Shown here: positions 25,531-38,587 of the stretch, in pieces
Numbering within the stretch: position 1 is the stretch's first letter
Layout: the number at the start of each line of letters is the position of its first letter
Assembly: GCF_018350175.1 (NCBI RefSeq)
Contig: NC_058368.1
Location: forward strand, 101,186,001-101,250,000
Reading direction: 5' to 3'
From: Felis catus
Taxonomy: Eukaryota
Length of the DNA: 64,000 bases
The notes under the pieces: generated by a model
Told to the model about the DNA's origin: nothing
Databases searched by the model: none
The model's input: only the letters and a program-made list of their open reading frames with translations
Made by a program: the position numbers and the translations under genes

Positions 25531-26133
25531 CACTAAGATCTTGCATTTGGAATGGCGCCTTCCAGTCATGAATTATATTTTCAAATGATGGAGTGAAAAT
25601 ACAAATAAAAGACTCCTAGGTGATAATAGAGACATGGATTTCTTGATTCTCTACCTGAAGATTCTAGGGAATGAGGAACATCAAGCAGGGTTGATTAACT
25701 CTGCTAGCAAGAGCAACAGGGGATTGGGTGTGTTTTACTGAGCTCAAGAGCCCCTCTCCCTGTTTATGACTCGGTATAAGGCCCATAGAGACCCAGAAAG
25801 AAAGCCAGGCCACATCAACAGGTTAGAGAGGCCATTTTGTTAACATTTAAGAGGACGACTCAAGCGAGGTAGGGTTTCTTCCCACCTGTTACCAAAGATT
25901 ATTCCCTTTTCCCATCGCCAAACTAAAACCAAATCTGTGTATATAGAAATTATGTACCACATGCATACAATTGTAAGGGAATACTAGCTATTTGGAATCC
26001 CAGTTACAACCAAAGTCAATTAGCTAGTATCTATCCGAGCACGTAAAATGCAAGTTTAAGTTTAAAATCACCATATAATGAAGTGGGTAGTGATCTTCCT
26101 GTCAATTTTTATTGCCTTCAGGTAGCCTGTGCA

Positions 26134-26171
<38 letters not shown>

Positions 26172-26235
26172 TAAATATTTTATAAGGGTTAACAATCTGT
26201 TTTATCTTGAACCTCCTTAATGAAAGAATTTCAAG

Positions 26236-26444
26236 GGGCACTTGGGTGGCTCAGTCAGCTGAGCATCTGACTCTTGATTTTGACACAGGTCACCATCTCA
26301 TGGTTCATGGGATTGACCCCTGCGTCGGGCTCCATGCTGACTTCTCAGAGCCTGCTTGGGATTCTCTCTCTCCCTCTCTCTCTGTCCCTCCTCTGCTCAT
26401 GTGCTCTATTTCTCTCAAAATAAAGTTTAAAAAATTAAAAAAAA
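26236..26444 (+). mobile_element. Can-SINE
   Basis: TSD AAAGAATTTCAAG at 26223 and 26445. Confidence 0.95.
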
Positions 26445-26505
26445 AAAGAATTTCAAGCTACCATAGACATTCCCTTCTGAGTTTTTACCATCCTCTTTCC
26501 CATTT

Positions 26506-26965
26506 GTAAGGAGTTGATTGGCACATGTCCCCTAGCTCCTAACCAAAAAAAAAAAAAAAAAAGAAAAGAAAGGCGTCCACCCACAACCTGTGAATGTGAC
26601 CTTATTTTGGACAAGGTCTTCATAGATGTAATTAAGGATCTCGAGATAATCCTGGATGATCTGGGTGGGTCCTAAATTCAATGACCTGTCATAAGAAACA
26701 GAAGAGGGAAGACGCATAGAGAAGATCATGTGAAGACAGGGACAGAGATGGGAGTGATGTGTCTACAAGCCAAGGAATGCCAGGAACCCCAGACACTGAA
26801 AAAAGCAAAGAAAAATTCTCCCTTAGAGCCTTTGGAGGGAGCCCAGCTCTGCTTACACTTTCATCTCAGACCCCCCTCCCTGCCCAAGAACTCAGATCTG
26901 TGAGAGCATAAATTTCTGTTGTTTTAAGCCACCAGGTTTGTGCTATTCTGTGGGAACCTAATATA
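26506..26965 (+). mobile_element. MaLR solo LTR (MLT1B/C-like)
   Basis: cctgtgaatgtgaccttatttt...gtgatgtgtctacaagccaaggaatgcca...ataaatttctgttgttttaagccacc. Confidence 0.85.
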
Positions 26966-27515
26966 CTGTGTAGTTCATAACCCGACATCTTGCAAATAGT
27001 GATCAGATTTACTCTTGGGAAATTTTCTCACCAAGGTAATTTAATTTTCTCTTATTCTCATTGGTCAAGAAGGCTTGTCACTTCTGTAATGCGCAGTGAC
27101 GACGACATTCTCTAATGATAGCCGTTCTTGACTTAGTGGAGTACCTGCTTTGATACAGAATCTGTGTTCTGCTGACTCTCAGGGTTAACAAGCTCTTGTT
27201 CGGGTTTTTACTTACCATTCCTTGCTTTTCAAACTTGTCTGCAGAGCATATGATCGCAAAAAGCATACAAGTAACCCATTAACTTTAGGTATATTTCAAG
27301 AGTTGTCATGTGTTTTAAATAATAAGAGTTAAAAATTCAAAAACAGTTTTTTAACGTAAACTATAGGAATAATAGCACCTAAAATTGTTCTCCGGTTGAT
27401 CATCCTGAAAATAATCTGATCATCTGACTCCATGGTGGATAGCTTGAGGCATATTTCCTGTATCTCATCAGTTTCTTTTCTTTTTCTTTCTTTTAATTTA
27501 GCAACACTTAATTTA

Positions 27516-27728
27516 GCCCCTGGGTGGCTCAAATGGTTGAGCATCTGACTTTGGCTCAGGTCATGACGTCACAGCTTATGAGTTCGAGCCCTGCGTCAGG
27601 CTCTGTGCTGACAGCTCAGAGCCTGAAGCCTGTTTCAGATTCTGTGTCTCTCTCTTGCTCTGCCCCTCCCTTGCTCATGCTCTGTCTCTCTCTTTCTCTC
27701 TCAAGAATAAATAAAACATTTAAAAAAA
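27516..27728 (+). mobile_element. Can-SINE
   Basis: Consensus body, (CT)n, tail. Confidence 0.93.
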
Positions 27729-27852
27729 CCTCAAATAATTCCATTGATAAGTTATTGGCAGTGATAACAGGTATTTGAAGGCTCTGAGTTGTCTACATCA
27801 GATTGTGCACAAACCTGGGAGTTAAGGATTTTTTTTTTTTTTTTTTTACTGA

Positions 27853-28092
27853 GGGGCTCCTGAGTGGCTCACTTGCTTAAGTGTTTGACTTTGGGTTATG
27901 ATCTCATGGCTCATGAGTTCGAGCCTAGCATCGGGTTTTGTGCTCACAGCTCAGAGCCTGGAGCCTATTTTGGATTCTGTGTCTCCCTTCTCTCTTTCCC
28001 TCTCCCCTGCTCATGCTCTTTCTCTCGTTCTCTCTCTCTCTCAAAAATAAATACACGTTAGAAAAAGTATTAAAAAAATAAAATTAAAAAAA
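27853..28092 (+). mobile_element. Can-SINE
   Basis: Consensus body; flanking tttttactga duplicated. Confidence 0.92.
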
Positions 28093-28530
28093 ATATATAT
28101 ATATTTTTTACTGAAAATTACCTTTGGAATGGTGTCAAAATCTAACCTGAAGAAACTAACACTGTTTCGAAGTTGAAATGTTGAGATACCAGCTCAAGAG
28201 TTAAAAGCAAGTGGTTTCCTAATGCACTCTGGCTGTGCAGGTGGCTGTGGCTGTGGAAGGTACTTCTTCCTGTTCTGTTGCAGTATTTGTTTATGATTTT
28301 AAAATGTGTCCAGTCATACATCTTGAATTTTCTTCTCCAACAAATGATAACAATGATCAAGTATCAGAAAAGCTCTTAGCATCAAGATGTTTGCATCCCA
28401 GTTTTGTCTTACTAAGAATTATGGTTTAGACTTAAAAATCATGATATCTTAGGACTCATTGTAGAATTAGAGTGTTTTCAAATTGCAAAGCATGTTATAA
28501 GCAGTTCATAAAAATACAGCTCACCAATTG

Positions 28531-29602
28531 TTTTTTTAATGTCAAATTTATTGTCAAATTGGTTTCCATACAACACCCAGTGCTCATCCCAACAGGTGCC
28601 CTCCTCCATGCCCATCACCCACCCTTCCCTCCCTCCCACCCCCCATCTACCCTCAGTTTGTTCTCAGTGTTTAAGGGTCTCTTATGCTTTGGCTCTCTCC
28701 CTCTCTAACCTCTTTTTTTTTTTTTTCCTTCCCCTCCCCCATGGTCTTCTGTTAAGTTTCTCAGGATCCACATGAGAGTGAAAACATGTGGTATCTGTCT
28801 TTCTCTGTATGACTTATTTCACTTAGCATCACACTCTCCAGTTCCATCCATGTTGCTACAAAAGGCCATAGTTCACTCTTTCTCATTGTCATGTAGTATT
28901 CCATTGTGTCTATAAACCACAATTTCTTTATCCATTCGTCAGTTGATGGACATTTAGGCTCTTTCCATAATTTGGCTATTGTGGAAAGCGCTGCTATAAA
29001 CATTGGGGTACAAGTGCCCCTTTGCATCAGCACTCCTGTATCCCTGGGGTAAATTCCTAGCAGTGTTATTGCTAGGTCATAGGGTAGGTCTAGTTTTAAT
29101 TTTTTGAGGAACCTCCACACTGTTTTCCAGAGAGGCTACCCCAGTTTGCTTTCCCACCAACAGTGCAAGAGGGTTCCCATTTCTCCACATCCTCACCAGC
29201 ATCTATAGTCTCCGGATTTGTTCATTTTGGCCACTCTGACTGGTGTGAAGTGATATCTCAGTGTGGTTTTGATTTGTATTTCCCTGATGAGGAGTAACAT
29301 TGAGCATCTTTTCATGTGCCTGTTGGCCATCTGGATGTCTTCTTTAGAGAAGTGTCTATTCATGTTTTCTGCCCATTTCTTCACTGGATTATTTGTTTTT
29401 CAGGTGTGGCGTTTGGTGAGCTCTTGATAGATTTTGGATACTAGCCCTTTGTCTGATAGGTCATTTGCAAATATCTTTTCCCATTCCGTTCCTTTCCCAT
29501 TCCGTTGGTTGCCTTTTAGTTTTGTTGATTGTTTCCTTTGCTGTGCAGAAGCTTTTTATCTTCATGAGGTCCCAGTAGTTCATTTTTGCTTTTAATTCCC
29601 TT
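28531..29602 (-). mobile_element. 5'-truncated felid LINE-1 (ORF2 C-terminus and 3' UTR)
   Basis: Minus-strand ORFs 29193-29384 ([27 protein letters not shown]) and 28761-29120 (WRFLKKLK...CTPMFIAALSTIAKLWKEPKCPS) are L1 ORF2 fragments, frame-disrupted. Confidence 0.97.
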
Positions 29603-30474
29603 AAGTACACTCAAAAAATGCATCCCTTGAAGGATAGATCTTGGGGGGAAATGTTGTGAGTCATTTCAGTGGTCTTTCACTTTGCCTTTCCTTGAATTCA
29701 TTCGCTTTGCCATGCAAGGCTGTAGTTAACGGCCACTGAAGAGAGGATGTTTCCGCACCTCTCCAGTCTGGCTTGGCTTTTCCTTTGCTGTCAACAGCAT
29801 GTGGCAGAAGTGAGCGTGTGCCACTTCTGAACCTCGCCTTCAAGAAGTTTTGGGTGTTTCTGTTTGCCAAATTCAACACTGCTGCCAAGCTAATCCCCTC
29901 ATGGTTCCACCTACACGAGCAAAACATATTATAGCAGGCCACGAAGGTTTTTGTGATTCGTCGTGATGTGGAATGACTGTGGCCAGCGATAACTGATACA
30001 GTAGCCCACGCAGCCAGTGTGGGCAATCAGGGTGCCCGCATTCACCCCTTTGTCGTACAGAACATCGAAAAGACGTTCAGTGGCTGTGAGTTGATTACAG
30101 TTACAATTTCCATTATTTCCTTCAGCATTTAATTAAGATTTAGAGCCACAGTTTTTGGCCACCCACTGTTCTTTGGGAATAAAGCTGGGGACGGATTGAC
30201 GCGTATTTGATGACTAGTATTTTACTTTTTTATTCTTGCGCACACATGGTTTAGCATGCCACCAGTACTCAAATGAGCGTGCCTTTTCTATTTATGTCAT
30301 AACTCAGCACGTAATCGTTAACCAAAAACGTCTCTTCGTCTGTAGTATTCGCTTTCTGTGTTAATTAGAGCAGAAGCCCTCCTACGTTACTCCCTTGTAT
30401 ATGTATATGTGTATTACATTGTACATCAATGTCTTTGTCTGACTGTAAGGTGAAATTTCTCTTAGCGCTAGCAT

Positions 30475-30720
30475 TGTATTTACTTATCTGACAAACATTT
30501 ATACAGCAGGTATCGTGCACCAGGCCCTGCCCTGAGTGCTGTCTGTTACTGGTTTACTTAATCCTCTTTTGCAGCTCTGAGGCGGTACTTTGATTATCCC
30601 TGTTTTATACATAAAGATCCTGAGGCACAGTAGGGTAAGGACCTTGCCCAAGGTCACCCTGCCAACAAGGGGCAGAACTCCGATGTGGGTTTAGGCATTT
30701 TGGCTCTGGAGTATGTGTGT
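30475..30720 (-). mobile_element. MIR relic, interrupted by the following SINE
   Basis: ttatccctgtttta...tgaggcacag...cttgcccaaggtcac core. Confidence 0.8.
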
Positions 30721-30721
30721 G

Positions 30722-30911
30722 GTTTTGTTGTTTTTAAAACTTTTTTTAATGTTTATTTTTGAAAGAGAGAGACAGAGTGCAAGTAAGGGAAGGGCAGGGG
30801 GCGAGGGAGATACAGAATCCGAAGCAGGCTCCAGGCTCTGAGCTCCAAGCTGTGAGATCATGACCTGAGCCGGAGTCAGACGCTTAAGCGACTGAGCCAC
30901 CCCGGCACCCC
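30722..30911 (-). mobile_element. Can-SINE with internal deletion
   Basis: B-box region is missing (ctgagctccaagctgtgag); TSD tggag..tgtgt. Confidence 0.9.
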
Positions 30912-31522
30912 TGGAGCCTGTGTTCTTCATCGTGACCCGTGATGGTAATTGCTTCGCTGCACTTTATGTCGTGGCTGCTATGTGACGCCCACAGTGCCAT
31001 TTGAAAAGGGAGCTTCTCCAATAGTTTGTTCTGCTTTCTTGCCAAACACGGTATCAATCAATGAATATATAGCGGGCTTTACAAGTTTATTGGCAATGGT
31101 GTGACTTGTTTTGCTGTAGACTGCCATTTTGAATGATGCCTCTGTACTTTTCATCTCTCCTATGCCTCAGCAGCATGATTGTCAATTTCTTACTGCACAA
31201 AATTATTTTGCACTTGTTCTAGAAAAATTCTGTTGGTCTTTCGGATAGGTGGTTGTGCTATGTTTAAAAGTAAGGAGAAGGCTTGTTTCCTAACCCTATA
31301 CGACAGAATTTCATTAACCTAGTGTATGAGAAATGGGTAAATGGATAAGTGATCTTATACAATTTAATTTTCAGATATTCTCTACTGGGATTCACTCATC
31401 CCGGCCCATACAGACATGTATTTGATATCGGTCCTTGAGCTCTGGTGATCATTTACATTGATGACATTATCCTGAATTATAAAATTTTATTCTTTTGGTA
31501 CTTTAGCATATATGCCACTATG

Positions 31523-31525
<3 letters not shown>

Positions 31526-31564
<39 letters not shown>
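31526..31564. repeat. (TG)n microsatellite
   Basis: Seen directly. Confidence 0.95.
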
Positions 31565-31567
<3 letters not shown>

Positions 31568-31589
31568 AATTGGTAACAAAATGAGGCAT

Positions 31590-31830
31590 AATGGAGAAGC
31601 AGCAGAGGTGAGAGTCATCGGACTCAAGCCAGATTGCCTGAGGTCAGATTCCAAATCCAACACTTATGAATTGTGTGACGGTGAGCCTAGATACTTAATC
31701 TCCCTCTGACTCAGGTTTCTCGCCTATAAAATGGGAAGAGTGGTAAGAATCCCTCCTGGGATCAGTCGGAAGAGTAAATATGTTCACTCGCAACACTGTC
31801 TGGCATACAGTAAGTGTTCTGTAAATATTT
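31590..31830 (+). mobile_element. MIR relic
   Basis: gccagattgcctg...tgtgtgac...acttaatctc...ctataaaatggg...ctggcatacagtaagtgttc. Confidence 0.85.
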
Positions 31831-32134
31831 ATCATGTAACAAATAAAAACGTATGTCTAGCAAAAATGAAAAACACAAATTTAGCTTTTGTAAATATTAA
31901 CATGCAGATATCATGAAGGACTCGCCCCTGTTAACTGCAGGTTAAACATGACAAATTGGCTACGTGTAATCCTAATGGTACGTGTGTAACTCTTAGGAAT
32001 ATAATGGTTACTGAGGACAAAAAGGGATTTTTACAAAACCGTAATCGATGTTACACTGCAAATTTGTGTCACGGGTATAAACAAAATTGTTTCCTCACCT
32101 TTTCCAGTGAAATCATCAAATTGCCAAGGGACCG

Positions 32135-32842
32135 CATTCCAGCTAGTATTGCTGTGTAATCACTTATCTTAAACCTCAGTGACTTAAAATGATCTTTATT
32201 TTTTTAATATTTAAATTTATTTTTGAGAGAGGGAGAGAGAGAGGGACGGAGCGAGCACACAAGCAGGGGAGGGGCAGAGAGAGAGGGGGAGACCGTCCCA
32301 AGTGGGCTCTGTGCCGTCTTGATCCCACAAACCAAACCGTAAGGTCATGACCTGAGCCAAAATCCAGAGTCGGACGCTTAACCAACTGAGCCACCCAGGT
32401 GCCCCTTAAAATGATCTTTTAGTTTTGCTCACAGTTTTGTGCATAAGCAATTCGGGAAGGGCTCTTCTGAGCTTTTCTTGTTTGGGATCTCTCAGACAGT
32501 TGCAGCCAGTAGGTGCATGGGGATGGGTCATCTCAAGCTCCCCTGAGCTACATCTGATGGCCCTGTGGTGTGGCTGGCACTTCATGCTGTCAGCTGGGAG
32601 CTTAGCTGGGGCTGTTGACCAGAGTGTCTGCACGTGGAGTCTCTAGCAAACTCTTAAGGGAGTTTGATGTGCTACATGGCGGCTGGCTTCCCCCAGAGTG
32701 ATCATCCCAAGAGAACCAGCGTTGGGTTCTTTTGGTTGAAGCCATTGTGAACCTGCCCAGATGCAGAGGAGGGGACATTGACCCCCTACTTCTCGGGGGA
32801 ATGTAAAAGAATTTGGGTGCCTTGTTTTTAAAGTGACATACA
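32135..32842 (-). mobile_element. MaLR LTR (MLT1F/G/H-like) interrupted by a SINE
   Basis: tattgctgtgtaa...ctcagtgacttaaaa...gctgtcagctgggagcttagctggggctgttgaccagag...ggctggcttcccccagagtg. Confidence 0.8.
32198..32405 (-). mobile_element. Can-SINE nested in the MLT1 LTR
   Basis: TSD TTAAAATGATCTTT at 32184 and 32406. Confidence 0.95.
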
Positions 32843-32939
32843 CCACTTAATTGAATTCCAGCAACTACAAAAACTCGCAGGAACATTCCTCTGAGATATG
32901 TATGTCTGGATTATTCAATGCCAGTTTCTTTCTTCCTTT

Positions 32940-33173
32940 CTTTTTTTCTTTTTAAAAAAAAAATTTTTTTTTAACGTTTATTCATTTTTGAGACAGAGAG
33001 AGACAGAGCATGAGCAGGGGAGGGGCAGAGAGAGGGAGACACAGAATCTGAAACAGGCTCCAGGCTCTGAGCCGTCAGCACAGAGCCTGACACGGGGCTC
33101 GAACTCACAGACCGCTAGATCATGACCTGAGCCGAAGTCGGATGCCCAACCGACTGAGCCACCCAGGCGCCCC
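32940..33173 (-). mobile_element. Can-SINE
   Basis: Near-consensus body. Confidence 0.95.
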
Positions 33174-34071
33174 CTTTCTTTTTTTCTTAAAGGGCTAATC
33201 TTTTCACCTTTGAGCCATTCACAGAGATTTATTCTGGGCCTTTCATAAGAGAAGTACCCTAGGGCCAAACAAAGGGAACTGGGAGATCAGCTAACTTCAA
33301 AAGTGTGAGGAGAATCCAGGGAAATTTCTTGTAAGTCATTGACAGAGTGTTCATCTCAGAGCTAGGAGCTCTCACTGGTCCTGCATCCATAGGGTGTTTA
33401 AACAGCTCCCTGGATGGACCGCATCAGAATGAATAGCGGTTTCTTGGCCCTGCCCCTTCTTCAAGTGAATTTTGTATGTGACTCTGGAAAAAGGATTCTT
33501 CTTCGCCCTGCTTTCCATTTTGTTCCCCCTCATGTACTGCCCGCCCCTCAGTGGGCGCCGCCTATGTGATATTTCCCTGGTTCTGAGCTTTCAAGTGCCT
33601 CTTGGCTGAGCTTTTCGTTTTTGAGGAGCAGGGAGGGACCTGACCCACTGAGTCCCAAATAGGAAGGCACCGCCCACATAACACAGGCCAGAAAGCAACT
33701 ACTCGAAGAGAAATTATTCTTAGATGAATCCATATGGAAACGGGCCAAAGGCTACAGCTGCATGACTTCTGTCTTCAGGTTTAGAAATAGTTTTCCCTCT
33801 GAAAGTTGACATTGTCCATGGGACAGATATATTTGGTATCTCCCATTGCTTCTGACTGAGGGTAACTTGCATACATTTGTTTCGGGCCTGAAAGTGAAAG
33901 GCCACTCATCCCTCACATGAGGAAAATAAACTGGATTCAGTGTAGAGGTTCCTTGGGTCTCATAAAGTGAGGCTAGACGCATCATGGCTAGGTTTGGTTC
34001 ATTTTCTTTTAAAAGATAGTTTCCCATAATTAAGGGCTTGCCTCCTCCATCCTGGTCTACCTCCCACCTTG

Positions 34072-34172
34072 TAGCATGTTTTCCATTTAGGAGAATTTTT
34101 AGCGTGTTTTCCATTTAGGAGAATTTTTAGCATGTTTTCCATTTAGGAGAATTTTTAGCGTGTTTTCCATTT
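34072..34172. repeat. 28-bp minisatellite, about 3.6 copies
   Basis: Unit TAGC(A/G)TGTTTTCCATTTAGGAGAATTTT starts at 34072, 34100, 34128 and 34156. Confidence 0.95.
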
Positions 34173-34879
34173 TCTGGTTGGAGCTGTTTCCATGTGCATT
34201 TTAGACCCCGTTTTGTTTTGGTGGCGCATGTTTTATGCTTCCACGGGCTGTGTCTGTGTGAACGTAAGCCAGGCAACTGAGAGGCAGGGCCCAAGTCCTG
34301 GCCCCCTGCCCCCACCCCTGCTTTTGGCAAGAGAAGCCTTAAGGAGTGAGAGCTCACCCCAGCTGACTTTTCAGGTGCCCAGAATCTTCCATTCTCTAGC
34401 ATTTTCTTACAGCCCTTTTCCTTTGAGCCCAGTTTTGAAGGCGCTCAAGCTCCGCAGGCTCGCTCTTTGTCCATGAACTTGAGTCTTATTGGCTCTGTGG
34501 TCTTCTGGCGAATCACAAAGCCTCCTTCCCTTAAAAACAAAGAATATAAGATGAGGCTAAGAGCCTCTTGCACATCAAAAAGATCTTCAAGGCAACATTT
34601 CAGAAATTGCTGATGGCTCCGCCCAGATGGAGTTCCGGTCCCTGAGAAAGACAGGAGTATCCGGAGAAGCAGGGAGTGAAGCTCGTGGAAAGCAGCGTCT
34701 TTGGATTTTCCGCATGCAGCCTCACTGCACATATCATCCGGCTTCAGCCTGCCTTCTGTCCTCACCTGTCTACTTGAACTGACACTGCCTTGCAGCGCAG
34801 CCCAACTTAACCCACGAGGAGACTTCAAACTCTCTTCATTCCCCAAATGCATTTCGTTCAAAGTAAATCTTCTATTTTC

Positions 34880-35104
34880 TTTTCTTTTTTTTTTTTTAAA
34901 TTTTTTTAACGTTTATTTTTGAGGAAGAGAGAGACAGAGCACGAACGGGGAAGGGTCAGAGAGAGGGACACACAGAATCCGAAACAGGCTCCAGGCTCTG
35001 AGCCCTCAGCCCAGAGCCCGACACGGGGCTCGAACTCATGGACCATGAGATCGTGACCTGAGTTGAAGTCGGACGCTTAACCGACTGAGCCACCCAGGCG
35101 CCCC
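34880..35104 (-). mobile_element. Can-SINE in the tail of an old L1
   Basis: Near-consensus body. Confidence 0.95.
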
Positions 35105-35819
35105 TTCTTTTTTTTTTTTTTTTTTACTGTGGTAAAAGATACATGATATTTACCACGTGAATCAACTTCAAATGTAGAGTTCAGAAGCATGAAGTACATT
35201 CACGTTGTTGTGCAACCATCGCTCCCATCCATCTCCGGAGCTTTTTTTTCATCTCACACCGAAGCCCATTAAACACTAACTCCTCACTCCATTCTCCCCT
35301 TAGCCCCTGGCAACCACCATTTCACTTTTCCTCTCTATGAATTTGACTACTCTCAGCACCTCAAATGAGTGGAATCATGCAGTGTTTTGTCCATTTGTGA
35401 CCGCCTTGTTTCACATAGCATCAGGTGTTCAAGGTTCATCCGTGATGTAGCCTATGTCAGAATTTCCTTCCTTTCTGAGGCTGATAACATTCCATTGTAC
35501 GCACATGTTGCTTTTGTTTTGTTTTTTTTAGTCCATTTATCCACCAATGGACACCAGGGTTGTTTCAACCTTTTGGCTCTTGGAAATGATGCTGATGGGT
35601 GAGCAAATATCTCTTGAAGATTCTGCTTTGAATTCTTTTGGGTATATACCCAGAAGTAAGTGGAAAGGTAGATCATATGGCAGTTCCATTTTAATTTTTG
35701 GACGACTTGCCGTGCTGTTTTCCATTGTGATGGCGCCATTTTGCTCTTCCACCAGCAGCGCACGAGGGTTACAAATGTGCACATCCTCTCCAACACTTAC
35801 TGTTTTCTGCCTTTTTGAT

Positions 35820-36015
35820 TTTTTTTTTTTAATTTTTGAGACAGAGAGAGAGACAGAGCATGAGTGGGGAGGGAGAGAGAGAGAGGGAGACACAGAATCC
35901 AAAACAGGCTCCAGGCCCTGAGCTGTCGGCACAGAGCCCGACACGGGGCCTGAACCCACGGACCATGAGATCATGACCTGAGCTGAAGTCGGACGCTGAG
36001 CCACCCAGGCGCCCC
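35820..36015 (-). mobile_element. Can-SINE nested in L1
   Basis: Perfect 17-bp TSD TTTTCTGCCTTTTTGAT. Confidence 0.95.
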
Positions 36016-36192
36016 AATTTTCTGCCTTTTTGATGGTAGCCATCTTACTGGTGTGAAGTGGTATCTCATTATAATTCTGGTTTGCATTTATTTCCCTAAT
36101 GGTCAGTGATGTTAGGCGCTTTCACATGTGTTTATTGGCTGTTTGTTAGATCTTCTTTGGAGACACGTGTTTTCAAGTCCTCTGCCCATTTT

Positions 36193-36402
36193 TATTTTTT
36201 ATTATTTTTTTTAATGTTTATTTTTGAGAGACAGAGTGTGAGCAGGGGAAGGGCAGAGAGAGAGAGAAATACACAGAATCTGAAGAGGCTCTAGGCTCTG
36301 AGCTGTCAGCACAGAGCCCGACGCGGGGCTCGAACTCACAAGCCGTGAGATCATGACCTGAGCCGAAGTCGGATGCTTAACCGACTGAGCCACCCAGGAG
36401 CC
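36193..36402 (-). mobile_element. Can-SINE nested in L1
   Basis: TSD CCTCTGCCCATTTT. Confidence 0.95.
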
Positions 36403-36911
36403 AAAACCTCTGCCCATTTTTTAATTGGGTTAGTTTTCTTGTTGGGTGATTAGAGTTTGGGATAGTCTGGTTATTAACCCCTTATTGGATGTATGATTTG
36501 GATATATTGTCTCTCATTCCTTGGGTTGCCTTTTCATTCTGTTGATGCTTCTTGTGATGCACAAATTTTAAAAGTCTTTACAAAGCCCAGTTTATCTCTT
36601 CTTTCCTTTTATGCCTATGCCTTTGGTGTCTTATTGAGGAAATCATTGCCAAATCCAATGTCATGAATCTTTCTCCTATGTTTTCTTCTAAGAGTTTCAT
36701 AGTGATAGCTCTTATGTTTAGGTCTTTGATCCATGTTGAGTTAATGTTTGCATATGGTATAGGATAAAGGTCCACATTCACTCTTTTGCATATGGATATC
36801 CATTTTCTCCAGCACCATCTGTTGAAAAGACAGCCTTTTCCCCATTGAATGGTTTGGGCACCTTTGCCAAAAATCGTTTGACCATATACATGAGAGTTTA
36901 TTTCTGGGGTC

Positions 36912-37125
36912 TTTTTTTTTTCAAAGTTTATTTATTTTCGAGAGAGAGACATAGAGAGCAAACTGGGGAGGGGCAGAGAGAGGGGGAGACAGAGAACCCC
37001 AATCAGGCCCCGTATTGTCAGCACAGACCCCCAAGCAGGGCTCAGATTTGTGAACTGTGAGATCCTGAGCTGAGCCGAAATCAAGAGTTGGATGCTCAAC
37101 CTTGACTGAGTCACCCAGGCACCCC
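36912..37125 (-). mobile_element. Can-SINE nested in L1
   Basis: TSD TATTTCTGGG. Confidence 0.93.
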
Positions 37126-37341
37126 TATTTCTGGGATCTTAAAGTAACTCTTGCCCCATTGGATTGTGTCGATGATCACAGAATTCCCTTCAGTGAATTC
37201 TGCTCTTTGAGAACAGAGGTCAGAATCTTCTGCCCCCAGGATGTCCTAGAATACTTGGATTCACCTCACAATCAGTTCATTCACCCATGAGTAGCTTTGG
37301 GGGGGCGTAGCACTTCTTGCTGTATGAAAGATTTATATTAT

Positions 37342-37546
37342 ATTTTCTTTTATTGTTTTCTTTTTCTTTTTGAGAGAGAGAGAGTGAATGGGGGAGAGGG
37401 GAAAGGGAGAGAATAGAGAATCTCAAGCAGGTTCCATGCTCAGCACAAAGCTCATTGTGGGGCTCGATCCCACCATCCTGGGATCATTGGCATCCTGGGA
37501 TCATGGAGAGTCAGACGCTTAACCAACTGAGCCACCCAGATGCTCC
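37342..37546 (-). mobile_element. Can-SINE with internal duplication/deletion
   Basis: catcctgggatcat occurs twice in the body. Confidence 0.88.
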
Positions 37547-38009
37547 AATATACTACATTTTCTAAGTAAATGAGTTAACGCATCCCTGAAAATGCTGGTG
37601 GACCGAGTTAGGAGGGAGTGTAGTGACTATGCCATTATACAAGTGTCGAGTGTTAGAAGGTGGGAAACATCAGATGCCTTCCTATTGGATAACGGCGCGG
37701 AGTTGGGGGAAGCCTCCCTGACCAAGCGAAGTCCAATCTGAAAACTGAAGGACAATCAGAGTTATTGTCCTTAATTGTCTGCAGAGTTGCAGGAAAACGT
37801 GTCAGGCAAGGGAACAATATGTGACAGAGTCTTCTGTGGCCTTCTGAATATGCTTTGATAATACCAAGGGCTGCACAGAATTCAAATGGCGTTTCCTTAC
37901 GTGTCTCCCTCCCTAGACCTATGGTTCCCTAAGGCAGGACCATGTGATACTCACCTGTGCATCTTCATTGCCAAGCATGGGAACACCTGCCCTCATGGGA
38001 GTGTAGTTC

Positions 38010-38525
38010 ATGCTTATTAGTAAATACTGAGCATGTGGCTTTGGTACCTGACAGCTCTTAAGCCAGACATGACCATCTGGTGAAATCCTGACTTTTGTGG
38101 AGTCCCTGTTTTTTTTGTCCTCATAGCTACCTTGTGAGATAGGCACCATTGTCTAGTTTAGAGACAAGAAAACCAAGGCACATAGAAAGTTCCTCGTCTC
38201 AGATGACACAGCTGGTACGTAGAGAAAGCAGGATACGGACCCAGATCTCAGGAGCCTCAGAACTCATGTTCTTGTAATTATTTCATGCTGCCTCATTTGT
38301 TTTGCTCAGACTTGTGGGGAGGGAAACTAGCTTTCATGGAGAGCCTCGATATTATGCAGGGGCTTGATATGTGTCATGATAACTACTAACATTTACTGAG
38401 CCTTTAGTACATACTCGGCTCTTGCAAACACATGCAGGTCTTTTCTCGTGGAATTCTCGCCTCAGTCCTATAAGGTAGGGTCTTTACTTACCAGTTTTTA
38501 CCAGTGAGAGAACTTGAGACACCAA
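38010..38525 (-). mobile_element. Two tandem MIR relics
   Basis: gtagctacc...gataggcaccatt...gaaaccaaggcaca; taactactaacatttactgag...ctataaggtagg. Confidence 0.6.
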
Positions 38526-38587
38526 GAGTGTGGCATCATCAGACACCATGCTGGGTCTTGTCAGCAGTGGTAGGAGGCTGGTTGTCA

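Larger units (their letters stand above)
35108..37138 (-). mobile_element. Old eutherian LINE-1 (L1MA/L1MB-like) 3' fragment broken by three SINEs
   Basis: tgtggtaaaa...tacattcacgttgttgtgcaaccatc 3' end; degenerate ORF2 remnants (LLGIYPKE, INSTWIKDLNIR...KLLEENIGE). Confidence 0.9.

Noticed and set aside
28761..29384. ORFs with clear protein similarity
   Set aside because: Fragments of L1 ORF2 in a truncated, frame-disrupted copy, not a host gene.
34072..34172. CRISPR-like 28-bp direct repeats
   Set aside because: Units are head-to-tail with no spacers, there are no cas genes, and the context is mammalian. The internal CCATTTAGG has only five A/T, so it is not a CArG box either.
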